DNA from: an uncultured delta proteobacterium
Lineage (GTDB): Bacteria > Desulfobacterota > Desulfobacteria > Desulfobacterales > SpSt-501
Direction of reading: 5' to 3'
DNA: 64,000 nt
Assembly (NCBI GenBank): GCA_963700055.1
Contig: CAVOWH010000001.1
Span: 2,199-66,198 of the forward strand
Position numbers and translations under genes: made by a program
The notes under the pieces: model-generated
The model's database searches: none
Seen by the model: the letters and a program-made list of their open reading frames with translations, nothing else
What the model was told of the DNA's origin: nothing
Shown: piece after piece, positions 21,655-30,550 of the stretch
Position numbering within the stretch: position 1 is the first letter of the stretch
How the letters are laid out: every line of letters starts with the position of its first letter

Positions 21655-23177
21655 AAGGATGGTCGAACATGAAGCTCATCATGGTACTGGCAGCGGCAGG
21701 GTCGGTCTTTCTAAGCCAGAGGGTGCTCGCGGCCGCTGAGGTGAATTCGAGCGAAGCCACCCAGGCATGCATCGAATGCCACCAGATCATCCATCCGGGC
21801 ATCGTCGCGGAATGGCAGCGCAGCCGTCACGCCCAGGTCACCCCCAAGGCGGCCATGGCGGTGACCGGGCTCGGGCTCAAGGTTTCGAGCCCCTCGGTGC
21901 CGGAGGATCTGCGGGACACCGTGGTCGGCTGCGCCGAGTGCCACACCCTGCGGCCCAAGGAGCATGCCGATAGCTACGAGCACAACGGCTTCGAAATTCA
22001 CACCGTCGTCACCCCCGGCGACTGTCGCACCTGCCATGCTCAGGAGGCCGATCAGTATTCCAAAAACATCATGGCGCACGCTTACAAGAACCTTGCCGGT
22101 AACAAGCTGTACAACGATCTGGAGAATACCATCCTGGGCGGCATCCAGCGCAAAGACGGCAAGATCGTCATTCAGCCGGCCCATGCGGCCACCAGGGCCG
22201 AGGCCTGCTATTATTGCCATGGGACCCGGTTGAAGGTGACGGGCAAGGAGATCCGCAGCACCGAACTGGCCGGCGAGCTCGAGTTTCCAAAGATCGACGG
22301 CTGGCCGAACCAGGGTGTCGGTCGCGTCAACCTGGACGGCACCCTGGGCTCCTGCGCCGCCTGCCACACCCGGCACCAGTTTTCGATCGAGATGGCGCGC
22401 AAGCCTTACACCTGCAAGGAGTGCCATGTCGGACCGGACGTGCCGGTCGCGAAGGTCTACGAAGCGAGCAAGCACGGCAACCTCTTTTCGACCCACAACA
22501 AGGACTGGGAGTTCAAGGCGGTGCCCTGGACCATCGGCAAGGATTTTACGGCGCCGACCTGCGCGGCCTGCCATGTCAGCCTGGTGGTCAACACCGAGGG
22601 CGACGTGGTGGCCCGTCGCTCGCACCAGATGAACGACCGCCTGCCCTGGCGGATGTTCGGCCTGATCTACGCGCATCCCCACCCGATTGAGCCGGACACC
22701 ACCATCATCCGCAACAAGAGCGGGCAGCCGCTGCCGACCGATCTCGGCGGCGGGTTTGCAACCAAGTACCTGATCGACCCGGCGGAGATGGACAAGCGTC
22801 GCCGGACGCTCCAGGCCGTGTGCCTGAGTTGCCACGGGACCTCCTGGGTGAACGGGCAGTGGGCGCGCTTCGAAAACACCATTCGCGAGACCAATGCTAA
22901 GACCTTGACGGCGACGCAAATTTTGATGGACGTCTGGGCGGCGGGATACGCCACCGGCCCGGCCAAGGGCGGCAGCCCCTTCGACGAGGCGGTCGAGCGC
23001 CGCTGGGCCGACACCTGGCTGATGTACGCCAACACCATGCGATTTTCCTCGGCCATGGGCTGCGGCGGCGACTACGGGGTGTTCGCCGACGGCCGCTACC
23101 AGCTGAACAAGGCCATCATGGACCTGCGCGACTGGCTGGAATTGCGTAACCAATTGCCGCCCCAAAAAAAACCGTGA
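21651..23177 (+). CDS. Octaheme c-type cytochrome, hydroxylamine-oxidoreductase-like
   Basis: Eight CxxCH motifs (CIECH, CAECH, CRTCH, CYYCH, CAACH, CKECH, CAACH, CLSCH) and signal peptide MKLIMVLAAAGSVFLSQRVLAAAE. The start overlaps the previous stop (ATGA). Confidence 0.8.
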   Translation: MKGWSNMKLIMVLAAAGSVFLSQRVLAAAEVNSSEATQACIECHQIIHPGIVAEWQRSRHAQVTPKAAMAVTGLGLKVSSPSVPEDLRDTVVGCAECHTLRPKEHADSYEHNGFEIHTVVTPGDCRTCHAQEADQYSKNIMAHAYKNLAGNKLYNDLENTILGGIQRKDGKIVIQPAHAATRAEACYYCHGTRLKVTGKEIRSTELAGELEFPKIDGWPNQGVGRVNLDGTLGSCAACHTRHQFSIEMARKPYTCKECHVGPDVPVAKVYEASKHGNLFSTHNKDWEFKAVPWTIGKDFTAPTCAACHVSLVVNTEGDVVARRSHQMNDRLPWRMFGLIYAHPHPIEPDTTIIRNKSGQPLPTDLGGGFATKYLIDPAEMDKRRRTLQAVCLSCHGTSWVNGQWARFENTIRETNAKTLTATQILMDVWAAGYATGPAKGGSPFDEAVERRWADTWLMYANTMRFSSAMGCGGDYGVFADGRYQLNKAIMDLRDWLELRNQLPPQKKP

Positions 23178-23334
23178 GGGCGGAAATTGTGTGGCTTTTC
23201 GTCGTCTTGTCTGATGATGTGGTAATCAATCCTTCAGTAACAGATAATCTTCGGCGCGACCGATCCGCCGAAAGAGGTTTGATCCGAGCGGAGATGTCGA
23301 CAGCATGGGCGCATCAAGTGTTCAGGACACGCGG

Positions 23335-24684
23335 ATGAAGCCCTTGAATGACCGCGAGGTCGTTCAGGGCCGCTATGTGCTCTATTGGATGCAGCAGTCC
23401 CAGCGCGCGGAGATGAATCATGCGCTGGAATTCGCGGCGCTTGAGGCAAACCGCCTGGGGCAGGGAGTGGTGGTTGCCTTTGGTCTCACGGACGATTACC
23501 CCGAGGCCAACCTGCGGCATTATACGTTCATGCTGGAAGGCCTGCAGGAGACCGAGCGGGCCCTTAAAAATCGCGGCATCCGGATGATGGTTAGGCGCGG
23601 CTCACCGCCGGAGGTCGCCCTGGCGCTGGGGCGCGAGGCCAGCCTCATCATCTGCGACTGCGGCTACCTCCGGCATCAGAGGCAATGGCGGCAAGCGGTG
23701 GCGCGCAAGGCCGCCTGCCGGGTCGTACAGGTCGAAAGCGACCTGATCGTGCCGGTGGAGACCGCCTCCGTCAAGGCGCAGATCGGCGCCCGCACCCTCC
23801 GGCCGAGGATCCATCGGCAGCTGGCCGAATACCTCAAGGCGCTTTCCCCCGTGCCCCTGGGCACGCCGACGGTCAAACTCAAGGCCGATGGTATCTGCAT
23901 CGCGGACCCGGTGGCGGTGCTCAAAACCCTCCGGATCGACCGCAGCGTCTCGCCCGTTTCGGGGAGGTTCAAGGGTGGGACCCCCGAGGCCAAACGGCGT
24001 TTTGCCGAATTCCTCAATACACGCCTGGCACGGTACGACCAGAACCACAACCAGCCCCAGACCGGCGATACTTCGCTCATGAGCCCTTACCTGCACTTCG
24101 GCCAGATTTCCCCGCTTTATATGGCTCTCGAGGTCATGCAGACACCCGGGCCGAAAGCGGCCAAGGACGCCTTCTTGGAGGAAATGATCGTCCGGCGCGA
24201 GCTGGCCTGCAACTTCACGCACTACACGCCGGATTACGATTCGTTTGCCTGCATCCCGGGTTGGGCGCGGATAAGCCTGGCCGAGCACCGCCGCGACCGC
24301 CGCCCTTATGTGTATTCGGCAGAGCAATTCGAGAATGCCGCTACCCACGACCCCTACTGGAACGCCGCCATGCGCGAGATGGCCTGCACCGGCTTCATGC
24401 ACACCTACATGCGCATGTACTGGGGGAAAAAGATCCTGGAGTGGTCGCGGACCGCGGAGGAAGCCTTCGCGACGACCTTGGCGCTCAACAACAAATACTT
24501 CATCGACGGACGTGACCCCAACTCCTACACCGGGGTGGCCTGGGTCTACGGGGTACACGATCGAGCCTGGCCGCAGCGGGCGATCTTCGGCAAAGTGCGC
24601 ACCATGATGGCCTCGGGGCTGGAGCGCAAGTGCGACATCCAGGGTTACGTGAAAAAGGTGGATGCCCTCTGTGAAGGGCCTTGA
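23335..24684 (+). CDS. phr: Deoxyribodipyrimidine photolyase, class II-like
   Basis: GRYVLYWMQQSQRAEMNHALEFA N-terminus; C-terminal FAD-binding region HTYMRMYWGKKILEW...DPNSYTGVAWV. Confidence 0.8.
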   Translation: MKPLNDREVVQGRYVLYWMQQSQRAEMNHALEFAALEANRLGQGVVVAFGLTDDYPEANLRHYTFMLEGLQETERALKNRGIRMMVRRGSPPEVALALGREASLIICDCGYLRHQRQWRQAVARKAACRVVQVESDLIVPVETASVKAQIGARTLRPRIHRQLAEYLKALSPVPLGTPTVKLKADGICIADPVAVLKTLRIDRSVSPVSGRFKGGTPEAKRRFAEFLNTRLARYDQNHNQPQTGDTSLMSPYLHFGQISPLYMALEVMQTPGPKAAKDAFLEEMIVRRELACNFTHYTPDYDSFACIPGWARISLAEHRRDRRPYVYSAEQFENAATHDPYWNAAMREMACTGFMHTYMRMYWGKKILEWSRTAEEAFATTLALNNKYFIDGRDPNSYTGVAWVYGVHDRAWPQRAIFGKVRTMMASGLERKCDIQGYVKKVDALCEGP

Positions 24685-24834
24685 AAATTTTTCTTATGGC
24701 AGTACCCGGCCGGACACAAAAAAGCCTAATCCGATTGGAGCCCGAAGCAGGCAAATAGGTTGGGTATTGTGGCCGCTGGCCAGGTGAAAGATCGGATTTC
24801 TTCAATCCGCTGTGAGCTCGTTCAAGCCGGAATA

Positions 24835-25368
24835 TCACCCCGAGAACTTGCGGCGCAGTCGCAGAATCAGGCTAAGACTCAGGGCGCGAGCCAAGCGGTG
24901 GGCCATGATGACGGCGGCAGCGCCCAGGATAATCCACGCATCCTGAGCGTTCCCTTTCAGAACCATGCCGAAAACATCCTTCCAGCCGCTGTGCCCGGTT
25001 GACCAGTTGGTTTCGAGGGGCCAGAAGAAAGACACGGCCGAAGTCGAAAGCAGCGCGTCGGCCGCCACGTGGGATAGAATCAATGTGAAACAGCTCAAAA
25101 ACCCCAATCGCGGGAGCCATGTCCATTTTCTGGCAGCCCTGGATCCCACCAGACCCATCACCAGCGCGAACAACAGGCCGTGGCTAGGTCCGCGGTGGAA
25201 AGCGCTGCCGTTCCATTGCAGCAGGAGGCCGAAAACGACGTCGAGGTCGGACAGGTTGGACAGGACGAGGATGGCCGCCAAAAGCTTCCAGCGGCCGAAG
25301 GCGGATCGGTCCGAACTCAATTCATGGGTGGCCAATCCAATCGCGAGGTGTCCCATAGGCAGGGGCAT
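24835..25368 (-). CDS. YdjM-like membrane-bound metal-dependent hydrolase (DUF457)
   Basis: 177 aa with multiple TM segments; GHLAIG...HRGPSHGLLFAL...SHVAADAL motifs. Confidence 0.6.
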   Translation of the reverse strand: MPLPMGHLAIGLATHELSSDRSAFGRWKLLAAILVLSNLSDLDVVFGLLLQWNGSAFHRGPSHGLLFALVMGLVGSRAARKWTWLPRLGFLSCFTLILSHVAADALLSTSAVSFFWPLETNWSTGHSGWKDVFGMVLKGNAQDAWIILGAAAVIMAHRLARALSLSLILRLRRKFSG

Positions 25369-25628
25369 ATCTTCTTCTTTCTCAAAATAATAACGCCGTC
25401 AATTTGGCTGCGGCATGAAATCGTTTGAACCCTCCGCCTTAAGCAGAACTCATGCCAATATTGATAATGAGCGCAGATATTTATTAATTTTATTTAATAT
25501 CAATAAGTTGAATTCGGGATGGGCGACCGGCCCGCAGCGCTTGCACAACCGATAGATATTGCTTTTCCACGCATTTGATTCCTATATTCCCCACATCCCG
25601 GCAACATCACCGCCAGAATGGTGCACGG

Positions 25629-25880
25629 ATGAACATTCAGAAAAAATTGGAAATATTGGCCGGCGCCGCCAAATACGATGTTTCCTGCAGCTCAAGCGGC
25701 AGCCGGCGTGAAAACCGGGGAGGGCGTTTTGGAAACGCAGCCCCCAGCGGCATCTGCCACTCCTTCACCGAGGACGGCCGCTGCGTGTCTCTGCGGAAAG
25801 TCCTCTTCACCAACTTCTGCATCTACCACTGCGCCTAATGGGCCAACCGCGCGAGCAACGACATCCCCCGCGCGGCCTTC
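25629..25880 (+). pseudogene. Putative DNA modification/repair radical SAM protein, N-terminal about 85 codons only, with an in-frame stop
   Basis: MNIQKKLEILAGAAKYDVSCSSSG...LFTNFCIYHCA-TAA-W-ANRASNDIPRAAF. The TAA at 25846..25848 sits where the third Cys-motif residues (CxxxCxxC) are expected. The rest of the gene is deleted. Confidence 0.7.
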
Positions 25881-25884
25881 CCGG

Positions 25885-26110
25885 CTGGTCTATTTAACCG
25901 ACGGAACTTTTGAAGGTTTGCTGACGGCCGTATTTGAAAAGGACTGGTCCGTTTCACAAAAGTTGAAGATGATCGCTATTTGGCCTTGATCAAGCCTCGT
26001 TTTGACGTCCTGCCGCTCGTGCGTCGGCATTTCGAAAAACGCTATGCCGACCAGCGCTGGACCTTCTTCGATAGGCGATATTCTACGGATAGCTGGAAAT
26101 TTTCAGAAGC
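25885..26110 (+). pseudogene. Remnants of the partner DUF4130-type DNA-repair protein (two short fragments)
   Basis: LTDGTFEGLLTAVFE (N-terminus) and FDVLPLVRRHFEKRYADQRWTFFDRR (C-terminal part) lie in different frames, about 60 nt apart. Confidence 0.55.
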
Positions 26111-26223
26111 GAGTTGCAAGTTGATACGCTGTCACTGTACGTAATAAAACGATGATTGACGGATTTGCGTAAGAAGTTCATCATCTGCCTGTTTTTTCTA
26201 CAAAAACAAGAAAGGAGGCAGAG

Positions 26224-27327
26224 ATGAACCTTGAAGTTGTTTCTGTAGAAAGTCCCCGTTTAGTCCCCTCGCAACCAAGTGCCCCCGATGAGTTGAGACG
26301 AAAAACGGCTTTCGGCAACGATGGCCGTGACACAGCCGAACGGAACACATCCGAGGTCTTGCTCAAACAAATCATGATCGAGATCGCGCTGGAGAAGATT
26401 GCCGCCCATGGACTATGCGGCCGTGAGTATGTCCAGCAGTACTTGATGGACCTCTACCGGCGCAATTGTCGGCCCAACACCATTCGTTCGCGTTTTGCTT
26501 TAATTTTTCTGTTTCTGAAGTACTTGAAAGCCCAGGGTCGGCATTTGATCGAGCTTGTCAGGCGCGAGGACGTTTGTGGCTTTATCGAGCACGAGCAGGA
26601 CCGCGGGCTGAGCCCGGCTTCGGTTAGCTGTTGCGTGGATGCTCTTTATGCCTTCATCGGGTTTTTTGTCAATCGGGAAGTCCTCAGCCCCGATCTACTC
26701 AAACGCAAGCTGCGCGTCAAGGTCCCCGACAGTCTGCCGCGGGCCATTGATCCGGACGATGTGCGGCGGCTGCTCGCGGTGATCCGGCGCCCGCGGGACC
26801 GGGCGCTGGTGTTGGTCTTGTTGAGGACCGGCATGCGTATCGGGGAGCTGTTGAACACAACGCTTTCCGATGTGAACCTGGCCGAGAAGCGCATCGAAAT
26901 CTTTGAGACCCAAAAGAACCGCGTGGGCCGCGTCGTTTATCTGGCCAACGACGCCTGCCAGGCGCTCGAAGACTGGCTTGAGGTCAGGCGCTGGAAAACG
27001 GAGTTGATCTTCAGTGGCCAGCACGGCGGTCCGCTGAGCTATGAGGTGGCGCGCTCGCGTTTTGTAATGCTCTTGGATCAGGCGGATCTCGTGCACAAGG
27101 GCTACACGCTGCACTGCCTGCGGCACACCTTTGCCAGCGAGCTGCTCAACGCCGGCATGCGGCTGGAGTGTTTGCAGCAGCTTTTGGGACACAGCTCGAT
27201 TGAGATGACCCGGCGCTACGCCCGGCTGACCGACATCACCCGCAAAGAGGAGTACTTCCGGGCGATGGCCAAAATCGAAAAGGAAGGCGTCCATGGCGAT
27301 TACCGATGCCATCATCAACTACCGTAG
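26224..27327 (+). CDS. Tyrosine recombinase / phage-type integrase
   Basis: Catalytic set LRTGMRIGEL ... HCLRHTFAS ... LGHSSIEMTRRYARL. The true start may be internal. Confidence 0.85.
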   Translation: MNLEVVSVESPRLVPSQPSAPDELRRKTAFGNDGRDTAERNTSEVLLKQIMIEIALEKIAAHGLCGREYVQQYLMDLYRRNCRPNTIRSRFALIFLFLKYLKAQGRHLIELVRREDVCGFIEHEQDRGLSPASVSCCVDALYAFIGFFVNREVLSPDLLKRKLRVKVPDSLPRAIDPDDVRRLLAVIRRPRDRALVLVLLRTGMRIGELLNTTLSDVNLAEKRIEIFETQKNRVGRVVYLANDACQALEDWLEVRRWKTELIFSGQHGGPLSYEVARSRFVMLLDQADLVHKGYTLHCLRHTFASELLNAGMRLECLQQLLGHSSIEMTRRYARLTDITRKEEYFRAMAKIEKEGVHGDYRCHHQLP

Positions 27328-27796
27328 GTTCCTGAAGCGTCGCAACTGCTCCCGGTGCACGTTGCGAAACTACATGAACACGCTCAAGCACTTTGTCATC
27401 TGGCTCTCTGAGCCGATCGAGGAGGTCTCCTCTCGCAGCGTGCTCGCCTTCATCGACCACCTGCTGGATCGGCGCTTGAGTCCTAAAACCATCAACTGCT
27501 ATCTGGACGGCATCCGCGGCTTTTACGACTATCTGATCCACGAGGAAAACGTGCCGATCGCAAACCCGGTCAAGCGCGGTTATGTGCTCAAGCTCTCCCG
27601 GCCGCTGCCGCGGTATCTGCGGGATGAAGAGATCCCGCGGCTGTTTGCCGAGATCGATCACAAGCGGGATCGGGCGATCTTCATGCTGATGCTGCGCTGC
27701 GGGCTGCGGGTTGAGGAGGTCGCCCAGCTGACGCTGAGCGCGCTGGACTTGCCCCGCTCACAGCTGTTCGTTTACCACCGGTGGGTGTCAAGATAG
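27293..27796 (+). pseudogene. Second tyrosine recombinase, overlapping the first by 35 nt and truncated by an IS3 insertion
   Basis: SAM-like N-domain plus the first catalytic Arg (MLRCGLRVEEV). Reading ends inside the IS left inverted repeat, and the HxxR/Y part is absent downstream. Confidence 0.75.
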
Positions 27797-27815
27797 ATGT
27801 CACCTGAACCATAGG

Positions 27816-28853
27816 TTAAGCCGCCTTTTGTTGAAGGTTAGTTTGTGACATCTCTTTTTTCTTCTCCGGGTTGAGCCACACGAGCCGCACCGGGTTCCAG
27901 TTGCGGGTTTGCCGCGTCCAACGCTCCGGGTGGCGACGTCGGGCCTTTTGGTAAACGCTATGGCGGTTGGATAGGATGGTCTGCTCGTGGCCATAGTGGC
28001 GGTCATCGGGGGATACGAAGCGGATCGCGCTGTGAAGATGCACGGTATTGTACCAGATGACGAACTCATCGACCCAGGACTGCGCTTCTTCCAGACTCGA
28101 AAAGGCCCGGGGCGGATACTGCGGCCGGTACTTCAGGGTTCGGAAGAGGGCCTCCGAGTAGGGGTTGTCATCACTGACGCGAGGACGCGAGAAGGAGGGC
28201 ACTACGCCCAGCTTTTGCAAGGTGGCCAGCATGGTGGAGCCCTTCATCGGTCCACCGTTGTCGGAATGCAGCACGAGGCTCTCGGGGCGGAGCGTATGGG
28301 TCAAGCAGGCCTTCTGGAAGAGCCTGGCGCTATGCTCCATGGACTCCTGTGCGAAGACCTCGGCGGCCATGATTTTGCGGCTCCAGACATCGACGAACAG
28401 GTACAGATAATAAAACATACCCTGAACCGATGTTCGCAGAAACGTAATGTCCCAGCTCCACACTTGACAGGGCCCGGTGGCGACGTGAGCCTGCGGCGGC
28501 CGGGTCGTGGCGGGTCTTGAAGCGTGGCGATGGGTGAGCATCTGGTGTTCTTTTAAAACCCGATAGAAGCTTGATTCGGAGCCGAAGTAGCGGCCTTGGT
28601 CGGCGAGCTTGGGGACGATCTGCTTGGGGGACAGATCCCGGAACGCGGGGCTGGTGGCCACGGAGATAATTTTCTCTCGTTCCTCTGGGTTGAGTTTATT
28701 GGCCGCTGCCCGCTTGACTTCGTGACGCTGATCCTCTCCGCAGGCGGTTTGGCTCCAGCGGATGAGCGTGCGTGCGCTGAGTCCGAGGCAGGCCGCGGCC
28801 TTTTTAAGCCGCGCCCCGTTGGTGATCGCTTTGTCGATGAGCCCAAGGATCAT
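27816..28853 (-). CDS. IS3 transposase OrfB (DDE/rve)
   Basis: WSWDITF ... HSDNGGPM ... SEALFRTLKY DDE triad context; overlaps the orfA stop. Confidence 0.9.
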   Translation of the reverse strand: MILGLIDKAITNGARLKKAAACLGLSARTLIRWSQTACGEDQRHEVKRAAANKLNPEEREKIISVATSPAFRDLSPKQIVPKLADQGRYFGSESSFYRVLKEHQMLTHRHASRPATTRPPQAHVATGPCQVWSWDITFLRTSVQGMFYYLYLFVDVWSRKIMAAEVFAQESMEHSARLFQKACLTHTLRPESLVLHSDNGGPMKGSTMLATLQKLGVVPSFSRPRVSDDNPYSEALFRTLKYRPQYPPRAFSSLEEAQSWVDEFVIWYNTVHLHSAIRFVSPDDRHYGHEQTILSNRHSVYQKARRRHPERWTRQTRNWNPVRLVWLNPEKKKEMSQTNLQQKAA

Positions 28854-29395
28854 TTGCCGTTGCTCCCGGCCGTGGTCTCGTCCGCGTCCCCCCAGATCTC
28901 CAGGACTTTTTTTTTGAGCACCAGAAGCGCGGCGGTTTCGGCCAGGGCCTTGTCCTTGCGTCGCAGCTCGTGTTCGAGAGCGCGGATGCGCTTTAGATCG
29001 CCGAGCTGACTCTGGGGCTTTTTCGCCGGCGGTTTCAGTTGCAGCCCCTGGATCATCTGCTGACGCCAGCGCTGCAGATGGGCTTCGTGCAGGCCCTTTT
29101 GGCGCAGGAAGACCCCGAGCTGCTCATCGGAGAGGCCTTGGGCTTCCAGGACCGTCTTAAGTTTTTCTTCGGCGGGCCACTCTTCGGATCGGCGCGGCTT
29201 CATGGAGTTCACCTGGACGAATCGATTGGGGTCGTTGGGAAAGACATAAGTGGCTTTTGTCCCGGCCAACCGCAGCCATTTGGAAAGCGTCGTCTGCGGG
29301 ACATCGACTTGCTTGGCGAGAACCGTGGCCGAAATAGGCTCGGGGCCGCTCATGCGTTGCACCATTTTTCTTTTGAACATGTCAGAATAGGGCAT
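28850..29395 (-). CDS. IS3 transposase OrfA (HTH)
   Basis: ISATVLAKQVDVPQTTLSKWLR HTH and the leucine-zipper tail RALEHELRRKDKALAETAALLVLKKK. Confidence 0.9.
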   Translation of the reverse strand: MPYSDMFKRKMVQRMSGPEPISATVLAKQVDVPQTTLSKWLRLAGTKATYVFPNDPNRFVQVNSMKPRRSEEWPAEEKLKTVLEAQGLSDEQLGVFLRQKGLHEAHLQRWRQQMIQGLQLKPPAKKPQSQLGDLKRIRALEHELRRKDKALAETAALLVLKKKVLEIWGDADETTAGSNGK

Positions 29396-29634
29396 GTCAA
29401 GCTCCTGCGCCCCCGCACATCGGGTTAGGGGTTGCGCCGAGTGGAGGCACCCCGCAAGGGGGCTCCTCCACTCGGCGCTTCATAAGGGCTGCAGGTGACA
29501 ACTATCCTGACACAGGGGGGTGACGCTCTAATCCCTTTTTTAATGCGGCCGCTTCAACGCTTGCAGGTGCGATTTCCTCTTACTCTGCCCTGAGCCAGCT
29601 GCTCCTTCTTTGACTGGAAAAGGGTTGAAAATCG

Positions 29635-29925
29635 CTACGGCATCTTGCCGATAATCTTTTTCATTTCCTCCAAAGAGAAGCCCCGCAACGTTTCTGACCG
29701 CACGTTGCCAAGCGAACCCACCTTCAGCATGGCCGCCATAGCCGCTTCATCGCTTCCTTCCATGATCACCACCATATCGTAATGCCCCATGGTGTAGTAA
29801 ACACCCTTTAGCGTTCCTCCCAACTTTTCAGCCATCGCCTTGAATGCTGCGAAACGATCCGGTGAGTCCTTAACGTTCTGGATTCCCTGATCTGTAAAGT
29901 TCACAAGACTAATAAAGGTCGCCAT
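29635..29925 (-). CDS. GYD-domain protein
   Basis: MATFISLVNFTDQG...GVYYTMGHYDMVVIMEGSDEAAMAAMLK. Confidence 0.8.
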   Translation of the reverse strand: MATFISLVNFTDQGIQNVKDSPDRFAAFKAMAEKLGGTLKGVYYTMGHYDMVVIMEGSDEAAMAAMLKVGSLGNVRSETLRGFSLEEMKKIIGKMP

Positions 29926-30349
29926 GGTTTACCTCCTTCTCTAAGCGATCCGCTACTTGCGGTCGCCGACTTATCGATCCGCAAGAAGACCGCCATTCTT
30001 CCAAAGCCCTGTATGCCCAACCGTCTGCCAGATTCCAACTGCCTTTTGAATTAATTCGCCCCCCTTCGGCTTTCATTAAGCCCTTGGGAGGCTGGAGGCA
30101 GGTACTTTGAGCAATTTCCTGTTCATGGTGAACCACAAATACCAAGCAAAAAATTGAACGCTTAAAGTAGATATTTGGAAACCGAGCAGGATGAGTGAGG
30201 ATCGAACCCGTAAAGAAATTATCGTTCGCTTCAGGTCCGGTGGAATGGTAAAAAGGCCAACTATGATATGAAAGATAAGTGGTCCTATGCCAAAAATCAA
30301 ATTAAATTGGCCCGGCGGTAGAGCCTATATCACAAGGAACCACCATGTT

Positions 30350-30470
30350 GTGATTTGTCGGATGGTATTTAGAGCATCCAACAACTTAAAATTATTGCAG
30401 ATTTATTCCGTATATCTCATGCTTACTTCTGATGCACTGTCCATGTCAAATCCAAACTAAATGTGCAATC
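30350..30470. repeat. Conserved intergenic motif, copy 1
   Basis: GTGATTTGTCGGATGGTATTTAGAGCATCCAACAACTTAAAATTATTGCAGATTTATTCCGTATATC...GTCCATGTCAAATCCAAACTAAAT. See copies at 52579 and 54207. Confidence 0.7.
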
Positions 30471-30550
30471 CCTTTATAGTCTCCATCGCTTTGATTGGAG
30501 CATTTGTACCTTATCAGCAGACCTGCATAGCGGCCTCATACCTCCGCGGT

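Larger units (their letters stand above)
27786..29512 (-). mobile_element. IS3-family insertion sequence (about 1.73 kb)
   Basis: Terminal inverted repeats TGTCAAGATAGATGTCACCTG (27786..) and TGTCAGGATAGTTGTCACCTG (reverse complement ending at 29512), enclosing orfA and orfB. Confidence 0.85.

Noticed and set aside
21711-23165. 484-aa minus-strand ORF antisense to the octaheme cytochrome gene
   Set aside because: The plus strand carries eight CxxCH motifs and a signal peptide. The antisense product is low-complexity (G/R/A/V/H).
25458-25505. 8-bp inverted repeat (ATATTGATA ... TATCAATA, 31-nt spacing) between the divergent YdjM-like and radical-SAM genes, considered as a LexA/SOS box
   Set aside because: The spacing and sequence do not fit any LexA consensus I know. 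The region is simply very AT-rich, so short inverted repeats are expected by chance.
30170-30215. tRNA-like T-loop string (minus strand ACGGGTTCGATCCTCAC preceded by ..TTTCCA)
   Set aside because: The flanking 5-mers are not complementary (ACGGG and CTCAC), the distance to the would-be CCA end is wrong, and no acceptor or anticodon arms can be drawn.
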